This document shows positions 8,616 to 16,345 of a DNA stretch of 39,411 nt, piece after piece (positions within the stretch are counted from its first letter, which is position 1; each line of letters begins with the position of its first letter). Below the pieces are notes generated by a model, which worked only from the letters and a program-made list of their open reading frames with translations, had not been told where the DNA came from and did no database searches. Location of the stretch: NCBI GenBank assembly GCA_035546275.1, contig DATKHW010000362.1:1-39411 (forward strand). Direction: 5' to 3'. Source of the stretch: Gemmataceae bacterium (GTDB lineage: Bacteria > Planctomycetota > Planctomycetia > Gemmatales > Gemmataceae). Position numbers and translations under genes: made by a program.

Positions 8616-9638
8616 TTAATGCGTCGCCGGCGCCGGGGTGGGCGCGACGGCAGCGACCGTCGAGGGCGATGCGCCGGCCCGACGCGCCTCAAGGACGAAA
8701 AAGGCCTCGATCTCAGCGACCTCGTGAGGGCTGAGACGCAGCTCGGCGGCGCCCACAACCCCCTTGAACTGGCCCGGCCGCCGCGCGCCCACGATGGCGC
8801 CGGTCACGGCTGGGTGACGCAGCACCCAGGCCACGGCGACCTCGGCCGGCGACCGGCCGTGCTTTTGGCCGATGGCCTGCAGCAGCCGCACCAGGCGGAG
8901 GTTGCGGGACAGCAGCGGTTCCTGGTAGTCGGGGCTGCGCCGCCGCCAGTCGTCGGCCGGCAGCCCGGCAACGCGTTCGCGGGTCATCGCGCCGGTCAGC
9001 AGACCCGACGCCATCGGCGAATAGGCGATCACGCCGATGTGGTGGTGGTAGCAGAACGGCAGGATTTCCTCCTCGACTTTCCGCCGAACCAGCGAGTACG
9101 GCGGCTGCAGCGACGTGACTGGGGCGATCGCCTGGGCCTGGCGCAGCTGCTCGACGTCGAAGTTGGAAACGCCGATCCAGCGGACCTTGCCTTCTCGCTG
9201 GAGTTCGGCCATCATCGCCCACCCCTCCTCGATTTCCTCCGCCGGCTTCGGCCAGTGGATCTGGTAGAGATCGATGGCGTCCACTCGCAGCCGCCGCAGG
9301 CTGGCCTCGCACTCGCGGCGGATAGAGTCGGCCATCAGGCGGTTGCTGATCCGTCCCTTTTTGTCCCAGACCATGCCGCACTTGGTGAAGACGTAGGGTC
9401 GGTCGTTCCTTCCCTCCAGCGCCTTGGCGACCACCTCTTCCGAGCGGCCGAGGCCGTACACGGCGGCCGTGTCGATCCAGTTGGCGCCGGCGTCCAGCGC
9501 TTCGTGGATGGCGGCGATGGAGTCGGCGTCGTCCTGCGCGCCCCAACCCCATTCGTAACCGGCGCCGCCGATGGCCCAGGCGCCAAACCCGATCGGGGTG
9601 ATACGCAGGTCAGACTTGCCGAGTCGTTTGACGTTCAT
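8616..9638 (-). CDS. aldo/keto reductase
   Basis: [54 protein letters not shown] is a typical AKR pattern. Start moved to ATG 9638 (GGAG 9 nt upstream) from the track start 9683. Confidence 0.9.
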   Translation of the reverse strand: MNVKRLGKSDLRITPIGFGAWAIGGAGYEWGWGAQDDADSIAAIHEALDAGANWIDTAAVYGLGRSEEVVAKALEGRNDRPYVFTKCGMVWDKKGRISNRLMADSIRRECEASLRRLRVDAIDLYQIHWPKPAEEIEEGWAMMAELQREGKVRWIGVSNFDVEQLRQAQAIAPVTSLQPPYSLVRRKVEEEILPFCYHHHIGVIAYSPMASGLLTGAMTRERVAGLPADDWRRRSPDYQEPLLSRNLRLVRLLQAIGQKHGRSPAEVAVAWVLRHPAVTGAIVGARRPGQFKGVVGAAELRLSPHEVAEIEAFFVLEARRAGASPSTVAAVAPTPAPATH

Positions 9639-9887
9639 TGGTTGCATCTCCTTATAAGAGGTATAAACCCCGTAAAGTTGCATACCGCCGATTCACCTCC
9701 ACGTGACGGCGGGCCGACAAGGGTGTGCCACGCAAGAGCCGCGCCGGGCGCCGAGAATGCATCGGCCGAATCTTGCGGATGGCCGCAAAGCCAGGCTCGG
9801 ACCGCGGAGATAAGCCCGCAGCGACCGACGTAAAACTGGACTTCACGTCAAAGCGCCGGGATTGCACGACAGCGAAATTGTCAGAGT

Positions 9888-9903
9888 GGCCATTCCAGTG
9901 CCA
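9888..9903 (-). promoter_or_regulatory. candidate sigma54 promoter (TGGCAC-N5-TGGC)
   Basis: Minus strand reads GTGGCACTGGAATGGCC. GG and GC cores are 10 nt apart, with one -12 mismatch. The leader to ATG 9638 would be about 240 nt, which is long. Confidence 0.3.
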
Positions 9904-10048
9904 CGGCGCTGCTTCACGCCACGCGATTTGCGGCCGGGGACGACGGCACGGACCCAAAAACCCATCCCCGCTTTTTCCCGTGATTTCCCGCAAAAAACAG
10001 CAGGAAACGACCGGTTCCGCGTGTGCAGCCGACGAGGCTTTCTCCGTT

Positions 10049-10064
10049 CGGCGCGCCGGCTGCT
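10049..10064 (+). promoter_or_regulatory. candidate sigma54 promoter (CGGCGC-N5-CTGCT)
   Basis: CGGCGCGCCGGCTGCTTTT has correct GG-N10-GC spacing and one -24 mismatch. About 90 nt upstream of ATG 10164. Confidence 0.3.
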
Positions 10065-10163
10065 TTTACCCGCCTCCCGTAGAAGGCTTCCAGGCGGGCG
10101 GCGGCCCGGCAGGCGCCGTGACCCAAGCCCGTCCGCATTCCGCGATCGCGGAAGGAGAAGAAC

Positions 10164-10931
10164 ATGTTGCGTTCCATGCTCCAATCGTGGCGGCCCGCCG
10201 TCCTGGCGGCGGCGCTCCTGGCGTTGGCGGCCGCCCCGCCGAACGTCCTGGCCGCGGGACACGGCGGCGGCGGCCATGGCGGGGGCGGGTTCCATGGCGG
10301 GGGCGGGTTCCACGCCGGGGGTTACCACGCCGGCGGCTTTTATGGCGGCGGCTATCACGGCGGCTACCGCTCCGGCTATTTCGGCGGCTACCACGGCGAC
10401 TACGGATATCGCCATTACGGCTACGGCTACGGCTTGGGCTATTACTCGCCGCTGCTGTACGGCTCGCCGGCATACCTCTCCGGCGGCTATGACTTAACGC
10501 CGGACTACTACTACTCGCCGAACGACTACTACTCCCCCAACATCTACACAGACCCCTACGCCGTCACCACCGCGCCGGACTACGGAGCGCCGGCCGCGCC
10601 GCCGCAAGTCGCCTCCTTCAACGCCGTGACTCCAGCGGCGGCCGTTGCGGCGACTGCTTCCTCATCCGGCCCGGCGACTGTTGACGTGCGCGTCCCGCCT
10701 GGCGCCCAGGTGTGGTTCGACGGCGCGGCGACGCAGCAGACCGGCGTACAGCGGGAGTACCAGTCTCCGCCGCTGCAGACGGGCATGGTCTACTCGTACT
10801 ACGTGCGCGCCCGTTGGACCGGCGGCGATGGCCGCGTCGAGGATGAGACGCGCCGCATCAACGTCCAAGCGAACAGCGAGACCACGGTCGATTTCACGCA
10901 AGCGGCTACAGCCGGCTCGGCAGCGAAGTAG
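10164..10931 (+). CDS. secreted Gly/Tyr/His-rich protein with C-terminal domain resembling Planctomycetes TIGR03000
   Basis: GGAAGGAG before the ATG. Signal peptide MLRSMLQSWRPAVLAAALLALAAAPPNVLAA. Low-complexity GHGGGGHGGGGFHGGGGFH..YGYGYGLGYY. C-terminus ATVDVRVPPGAQVWFDGAATQQTG..REYQSPPLQTGMVYSYYVRARW matches my memory of the TIGR03000 pattern. Confidence 0.85.
   Translation: MLRSMLQSWRPAVLAAALLALAAAPPNVLAAGHGGGGHGGGGFHGGGGFHAGGYHAGGFYGGGYHGGYRSGYFGGYHGDYGYRHYGYGYGLGYYSPLLYGSPAYLSGGYDLTPDYYYSPNDYYSPNIYTDPYAVTTAPDYGAPAAPPQVASFNAVTPAAAVAATASSSGPATVDVRVPPGAQVWFDGAATQQTGVQREYQSPPLQTGMVYSYYVRARWTGGDGRVEDETRRINVQANSETTVDFTQAATAGSAAK
10274..10309. repeat. perfect 18-nt tandem duplication (CCATGGCGGGGGCGGGTT x2)
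   Basis: Read directly. Encodes HGGGGF twice within the low-complexity region. Confidence 0.9.
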
Positions 10932-11014
10932 CGAAAAACCGAAGAGGCGCCGGGTCGCACGGACGCGACCCGCCTTGCCGCACCGGATTGGCGCGGGATG
11001 ACCCGGAGGAGACC

Positions 11015-14000
11015 ATGTGGATCGTTCGACTGGCCTTGCGCCGTACCTACACGTTCGTGGTGGTCGCGCTGCTGATCGGCGTGCTCGGTCTGGTCAGCAT
11101 TAACCGCATGTCCACCGACATCTTCCCCGAAGTCAACATCCCCGTCGTTTCCGTGGTCTGGCAGTATTTTGGTATGCCGGCCGACGAGATCGAAACGCGC
11201 ATCATCCTCGTGAACGAGCGCGTTCTGACCGCCTCCGTCAACGGCATCGAACACATCGAAAGCCAGTCGCTCGACGGCGTCGGCGTCATTCGCGTCTACT
11301 TCTACCCCGGCGCGAAGGTCGCGGACGGCGAGGCCCAGATCACAGCCACCTGCCAGACGCTGCTCAAGGTCCTGCCGCCCGGCATCACGCCGCCCTACAT
11401 CGTCCAGTACAGCGCCACCAGCGTCCCCATCGTCCAGATCGCCGTCTCCAGCGACACGCTCACCGAGGCCCAGCTCTACGACTACGCCTCCAACTTCATC
11501 ATCCAGCGGCTCGGCACGGTCCAGGGGGCGCGTGTGCCCCAGCCTTACGGCGGCAAGGTGCGCCAGGTCATGGTCGATCTTGACCTGCCGGAACTCTATG
11601 CCCGCGGCCTGTCGCCCAATGACATCGCCACAACCGTCCTGAACCAGAACCCGATCATCCCCGCCGGGACCGCCAAGATCGGCGACACCGAGTACGACGT
11701 CAAGCTCAACAACAGCCCCGACCTGGTCAATACGTTCAACTTCATGCCGGTCAAGACGGTCAACGGCGTTCCGATTTATCTCAAGGACGTGGCCCACGTG
11801 CGCGACGGCTTCGCCGTGCAGACCAACATCGTCCGGCGCGACGGCCGGCGGGCGGTGCTGATGACCATTCTCAAGGCCGAGGGCGCTTCCACCATCGACA
11901 TCGTCCGGCGGCTCCGCGAGGCGATGCCCGGCGTTCAGGCCCAGCTGCCGCCGGATATCAAGCTAGAATTTCTCTTCGACCAGTCCGTGTTCGTGGAGAA
12001 CGCGGTCCAGGGGGTGCTCAAGGAGGGGGCGATCGCGGCGGGGCTGACGGCCCTCATGATCCTGCTGTTCCTCGGATCGTGGCGCAGCACGCTCATCGTG
12101 GCCGTGTCGATCCCGCTGTCGATCCTGACGTCGATCATCGTGCTGTGGGCGATGGGGCAGTCGCTCAACATCATGACGCTGGGCGGCATGGCCCTGGCGG
12201 TCGGCATCCTGGTGGACGACGCCACAGTGGAGCTGGAAAACACCCACCGCAACATGGGCGCCCCCCTCACCCTACCCTCTCCCCCATCGGTTGGGGGAGA
12301 GGGTAGGGTGAGGGGGAAAACCATGCGCGAGGCCATCCTGGACAGCGCCGCCCAGGTCGCCACGCCCGCCCTGGTGTCCACGCTTTGCATCTGCATTGTC
12401 TTCCTACCCGTTGTGTTTCTGACCGGCCCGGCCGCGTCGCTGTTCATTCCGCTGGCATTGGCCGTCGTCTTCGCCATGCTGGCGTCGTACTTCCTGTCGC
12501 GCACCCTCGTGCCGACGATGATGCTGTACCTGCTGCCGAAGGAGATGCATCTCTACCAAGGCGGCGACACGAGCCCGCAGCCCAAGCAAGGGAGTCGGTT
12601 CAACGCCCTCGCCTTCCCCTTCGTGTGGCTTTCCAACACGATATGGCGCGTCCACCACGCCTTTGATCGCGCCTTCGAACGGCTGCGGTCGGCCTATACC
12701 GGATTGCTGGGCCGGGCCATCGACCGTCCGTGGCTGACAGCAGGGGCGATGCTCGGCTTCGCCCTGGCGTCGCTGGCGCTGTTCCCGACGATCGGTCAGG
12801 ACTTCTTCCCAGCCGTGGACGCCGGCCAGTTCCGGCTGCACGTCCGCGCCCCGGCCGGCACGCGCATTGAGGAAACCGAGGCGCTCTTCGGTCGGGTGGA
12901 GGACGTCATCCGCCAGGTGGTGCCCGACCAGGAACGGTCCATGATCCTCGACAACATGGGGCTGACGCAGTCGTTCACCATCATGGCCTACCTGGACAAC
13001 GGCACGGTCAGCGACTCCGACGGCGAGATCCTCGTCTCCCTCAAGCCGAACCACAAGCCGACCGAGGACTATGTGGCCCGTTTGCGGCGCGAGCTGCCGA
13101 ACCGCTTCCCCGGCTGCACCTTCTATTTCATGCCGGCCGACATCACGAGCCAGATCCTCGACTTCGGCCTGCCGGCACCGATCGACGTGCAGGTGGTCGG
13201 CGTGGACGCCAAGGACAACCTCGCGCTCGCCAAGAAACTGCAAGCCGGGATCGCCAAGCTCCCCGGCCTGACCGACGTCCACATCCACCAGATCACCGAC
13301 CGGCGCGACCTGCGCGTGGACGTGGACCGCATCGAGGCGTCGCAGCTCGGCCTGACGGAGAACGACGTGGCCAACAACTTGTTGGTCTCGCTCAGCTCCA
13401 CCTACCAGGTTTCGCCCAACTACTGGGTCAACCCGCAGAACCGCGTCAACTACCGCGTGGCCGTGCAGACCCCGGACTGGCACATGAACTCTGTCGCGGC
13501 GCTTGAGAGCACGCCGATCATCGTCAACATCGGCGCAGCCGGCGCCACGAACGCCGGCGGCACGGCGATGGTGAACACGCCGAACCTGCCCACCACGGGG
13601 CAGCCGCAGCTCCTGAGCAACCTGATCAATCTCCGCCGCACCACCTCGGAGCAGGTGGTCAACCATTACAACGTCCAGCGCGTCTACGACATCTACGCCG
13701 GGGTACAGGGGCGCGACCTGGGCGGGGCGTCCGCGGACGTGCAAAAGGTCGTGGACTCGCTGAAGGCGGAGTTGCCGCGCGGCAGCACGATCAACGTCCG
13801 CGGCCAGGTGCAGAGCATGAACAGCTCGTTCCTGGGTCTGGCCGGCGGACTGGTGTTCGCGGTGCTGCTGGTCTATTTCCTGATGGTGGTGAACTTCCAG
13901 TCGTGGCTCGACCCATTCATCATCCTCACCGCCCTGCCCGGGGCGTTGGCCGGCATCGTCTGGATTCTGTTCGCCACGCACACGACCATCAGCGTGCCGG

Positions 14001-14455
14001 CCCTGATGGGAGCGATGATGTGCGTCGGCGTGGCCACGTCCAACAGCATTCTGATGGTCACCTTCGCCAACGACGAGCGGCGGGCGGGCAAGGACGCCCG
14101 CGCCGCGGCTCTATCGGCGGGGACGACGCGGCTGCGGCCGGTGCTGATGACGGCCCTGGCGATGATCGTCGGGATGCTGCCAATGTCGCTCGGCCTGGGC
14201 GACGGCGGCGAGGAGAACGCGCCGCTGGGCCGGGCCGTCATCGGCGGCCTGCTGGTCGCCACGCTGTTCACGCTGGTGTTCGTGCCAGTGATGTACCGCC
14301 TGCTGCGGCGGAAGGCGCCGCGGCCGGAACAAGACGGAGACGACGCGGCGAGCGACCGTGGCGAGCCGGCTGGCGAGGGTAAGGGCGGGGTTACCCCGCC
14401 CCTGCAAGCCAGCCGCTCGCCGGAAGAAATCATGCTCCAGGGAGGCCAATCATGA
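11015..14455 (+). CDS. RND-family efflux permease (AcrB/HAE-like)
   Basis: MWIVRLALRRTYTFVVVALLI start with GGAGGAG upstream (track start 10988 is TTG). 12-TM RND layout with two large loops. Motif GGMALAVGILVDDATVELEN. About 1146 aa. Confidence 0.95.
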   Translation: MWIVRLALRRTYTFVVVALLIGVLGLVSINRMSTDIFPEVNIPVVSVVWQYFGMPADEIETRIILVNERVLTASVNGIEHIESQSLDGVGVIRVYFYPGAKVADGEAQITATCQTLLKVLPPGITPPYIVQYSATSVPIVQIAVSSDTLTEAQLYDYASNFIIQRLGTVQGARVPQPYGGKVRQVMVDLDLPELYARGLSPNDIATTVLNQNPIIPAGTAKIGDTEYDVKLNNSPDLVNTFNFMPVKTVNGVPIYLKDVAHVRDGFAVQTNIVRRDGRRAVLMTILKAEGASTIDIVRRLREAMPGVQAQLPPDIKLEFLFDQSVFVENAVQGVLKEGAIAAGLTALMILLFLGSWRSTLIVAVSIPLSILTSIIVLWAMGQSLNIMTLGGMALAVGILVDDATVELENTHRNMGAPLTLPSPPSVGGEGRVRGKTMREAILDSAAQVATPALVSTLCICIVFLPVVFLTGPAASLFIPLALAVVFAMLASYFLSRTLVPTMMLYLLPKEMHLYQGGDTSPQPKQGSRFNALAFPFVWLSNTIWRVHHAFDRAFERLRSAYTGLLGRAIDRPWLTAGAMLGFALASLALFPTIGQDFFPAVDAGQFRLHVRAPAGTRIEETEALFGRVEDVIRQVVPDQERSMILDNMGLTQSFTIMAYLDNGTVSDSDGEILVSLKPNHKPTEDYVARLRRELPNRFPGCTFYFMPADITSQILDFGLPAPIDVQVVGVDAKDNLALAKKLQAGIAKLPGLTDVHIHQITDRRDLRVDVDRIEASQLGLTENDVANNLLVSLSSTYQVSPNYWVNPQNRVNYRVAVQTPDWHMNSVAALESTPIIVNIGAAGATNAGGTAMVNTPNLPTTGQPQLLSNLINLRRTTSEQVVNHYNVQRVYDIYAGVQGRDLGGASADVQKVVDSLKAELPRGSTINVRGQVQSMNSSFLGLAGGLVFAVLLVYFLMVVNFQSWLDPFIILTALPGALAGIVWILFATHTTISVPALMGAMMCVGVATSNSILMVTFANDERRAGKDARAAALSAGTTRLRPVLMTALAMIVGMLPMSLGLGDGGEENAPLGRAVIGGLLVATLFTLVFVPVMYRLLRRKAPRPEQDGDDAASDRGEPAGEGKGGVTPPLQASRSPEEIMLQGGQS
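12262..12316. repeat. perfect 25-bp-stem, 5-nt-loop palindrome in frame inside the RND permease, family A
   Basis: CCCCCTCACCCTACCCTCTCCCCCA tcggt TGGGGGAGAGGGTAGGGTGAGGGGG. Translated PLTLPSPPSVGGEGRVRG immediately after the conserved VDDATVELENTHRNM segment. Confidence 0.92.
14368..14423. repeat. family B element (AGGGCGGGG-TTA-CCCCGCCCT core) in frame in the RND C-terminal tail
   Basis: Core palindrome at 14382-14402. Translated GEGKGGVTPPLQASRSP. Confidence 0.85.
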
Positions 14456-15732
14456 ACGGCATTTCGCACAGCGAATCCTTGAACGGCCGCGCCGACTGCG
14501 ACAAAGGTAGGGGCGGGGTAACCCCGCCCCTACGCGCCCGCCGCTCACTGCGGGGCCGTTGGGGGATGATCGGACTGGGGGCGCTGCTTCTCGTCGGCCT
14601 GGGCGGCCTGTTCGCTGTTGGACTCCTCCCCCGGCTCCAAAGCACGCAGGCGCTGAACGCCGCAGCCGCCGCAAAAGCCGCCGCCACGCCGATCGTGCAG
14701 ACGGCCGTCGCCACGCGCGCCCCGGCCGACGCCCAGCGCGAGCTGCCCGGCAACTGCCTGCCGCTCTACGAGGCGGCGCTCTTCGCCCGCGCCACCGGCT
14801 ACCTGAGCGAACGGCGCGTGGACATCGGCGACCGCGTCGAGGAGGGCCAGCTGCTCGCGAATATTTCCTCCCCGGACGTGGACGACCAGCTGGCCCAGGC
14901 GCAGGCCGATCTCGCCCAAGCGGAGGCGAACCTCAAGCTGAACCAGGCCAATTACGACCTGGCCAAGATCACCCTGTCGCGGGACGTCCAGGCGGGGAAC
15001 GTCGCCGTGCCGGCCCAGCAGGTCGATCAAGATCGGGCCACGCTGGGCACGACGGAGGCCAGCGTCAAGGCCGCACAGGCCGCCATCGGCGTCAACAAAG
15101 CGTCGGTGCAGCGGTACGCCGACCTGCAATCCTTCGAGAAGATCCAGGCGCCCTTCCACGGCGTCATCACCGTGCGCAACTACGACAAGGGGGCGCTCAT
15201 CACGGCCGACGACCCGACCACCCTGCCGCTGTTCCGCCTAGCTCAGATTGACGTGGTGCGCGTCTTCGTCAATGTGCCGCAGGTGTTCGCCTCGGGCATC
15301 CAGGACGGGCAGTACGCCGAGGTCTACCGGCGCGAGGATCCCAATCGCAAGTATTCCGGCCGGGTGACGCGCACGGCCAACTCGCTGGACCCCAACACCC
15401 GTACGCTGCTGACCGAGGTGGATGTGCCCAACCCCGACGGCGCCCTGCTGCCGGGCATGTACCTTCAGGTGAATTTCAACTTCCCGCGCCTGGCGCCCAC
15501 GGTCATGGTCCCGAGCGCGGCGATCACGTTCCGCGCCGACGGAGCGTGGGTCGGCGTGCTGGACGAGCGGAACGCCGTCCATTATCAGAAAGTCCAGACC
15601 GGGCGCGATTTCGGCACGGAAATGGAGGTATTGGACGGGCTGAACGAGGGGGCCGCGGTGATCGTGCGGCCCGGCGACGAGCTGGCCGACGGGACGGCGG
15701 TTCAGCCGGCCGACCCCGCGAAGTCCAATTAG
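14452..15732 (+). CDS. RND efflux periplasmic adaptor (membrane fusion protein, HlyD-like)
   Basis: ATGA overlap with the pump stop and GGAGG 6 nt upstream. N-terminal TM helix MIGLGALLLVGLGGLFAVGLL. Coiled-coil segment (AQAQADLAQAEANLKLNQANYDLAK) and beta-barrel-like C-terminus. Confidence 0.9.
   Translation: MNGISHSESLNGRADCDKGRGGVTPPLRARRSLRGRWGMIGLGALLLVGLGGLFAVGLLPRLQSTQALNAAAAAKAAATPIVQTAVATRAPADAQRELPGNCLPLYEAALFARATGYLSERRVDIGDRVEEGQLLANISSPDVDDQLAQAQADLAQAEANLKLNQANYDLAKITLSRDVQAGNVAVPAQQVDQDRATLGTTEASVKAAQAAIGVNKASVQRYADLQSFEKIQAPFHGVITVRNYDKGALITADDPTTLPLFRLAQIDVVRVFVNVPQVFASGIQDGQYAEVYRREDPNRKYSGRVTRTANSLDPNTRTLLTEVDVPNPDGALLPGMYLQVNFNFPRLAPTVMVPSAAITFRADGAWVGVLDERNAVHYQKVQTGRDFGTEMEVLDGLNEGAAVIVRPGDELADGTAVQPADPAKSN
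14506..14548. repeat. family B element (GTAGGGGCGGGGT-A-ACCCCGCCCCTAC, 13-bp arms) in frame in the adaptor N-terminal tail
   Basis: Core palindrome at 14507-14533. Translated KGRGGVTPPLRARRSL, in the same element frame as the other two copies. Confidence 0.85.
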
Positions 15733-15741
15733 GAGGCGGCC

Positions 15742-16272
15742 ATGTTTGCTGCAAACAAGCAGTCCACCGCAGGGCTGGCGTTCGGGATTCTGGCGCTCTT
15801 GCTGTCGGCCGGCGAGACGCACGCCCAGCAGAGCGGCGCCCCGCCGATGAGCAATCCGCCGGCGAAGCGACGGGCGGCGCGCCAGGGGATGCAGCAGGTA
15901 AACGCCCTGCAGCAGCAGGTGAACGCCATGCTTCTGCAGCAGGCGATGAATTCCGCTCAGCAAACGACGCTGACCATCGCCCAGCAGCAGCTGTTCGTTT
16001 CACAGCAACCCTCGATGAGCGCCTTGCAGCAGCAACAGGCCGCCTTGCTGTTGCAGCAGAACGCCGTGAAACAACTCCAGCAACAGGTGACGGCCTTGCA
16101 GCAGCAGCTGAACGCCGTACCGGCGCAGCCGCTGGGGCCTTTCGCGACTTTGCAGATGGGCATATTGCAGCAGCAGACGGCGGTCGCGGCCCAGCAGAAC
16201 GATCTGCAGGAGCAGCAGCTGACAGCCTTGGAGCAGCAGATCGCGAACGCGCTGGGGCAGCCGGGGCCGTAA
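15742..16272 (+). CDS. secreted Gln/Leu-rich coiled-coil protein, unknown function
   Basis: AGGAGG 5 nt upstream; starts 10 nt after the adaptor stop. Signal peptide AGLAFGILALLLSAGETHA. Heptad-like QQQV/LQQQ repeats. 176 aa. Confidence 0.7.
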   Translation: MFAANKQSTAGLAFGILALLLSAGETHAQQSGAPPMSNPPAKRRAARQGMQQVNALQQQVNAMLLQQAMNSAQQTTLTIAQQQLFVSQQPSMSALQQQQAALLLQQNAVKQLQQQVTALQQQLNAVPAQPLGPFATLQMGILQQQTAVAAQQNDLQEQQLTALEQQIANALGQPGP

Positions 16273-16345
16273 TTCGGCCGATCCCCTGGCCGCAGACCCA
16301 TCCACGCAGTGCAAGGCCGCGTACATCGTGCCGAAGCCCCACGTC

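Noticed and set aside
8492-8734. 80-aa ORF MVSWAKNPSPPTPLPGVPGRGEK...
   Set aside because: It is simply the translation of the palindromic composite element at 8441-8572 running into the antisense of the AKR gene.
9639-10163. Riboswitch, sRNA, tRNA or small gene in the 525-bp spacer (including the 113-aa ORF 9652-9993 minus)
   Set aside because: I could not recognise a conserved riboswitch core, tRNA arms or a convincing ribosome-binding site, and the ORF is Arg-rich shadow-like. This needs covariance-model scanning (Rfam) to settle.
7215-14548. CRISPR array hypothesis for the recurring palindromes
   Set aside because: The repeats belong to several unrelated families, have no regular spacing, are scattered over kilobases and mostly lie inside coding sequence. 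No cas genes are present.
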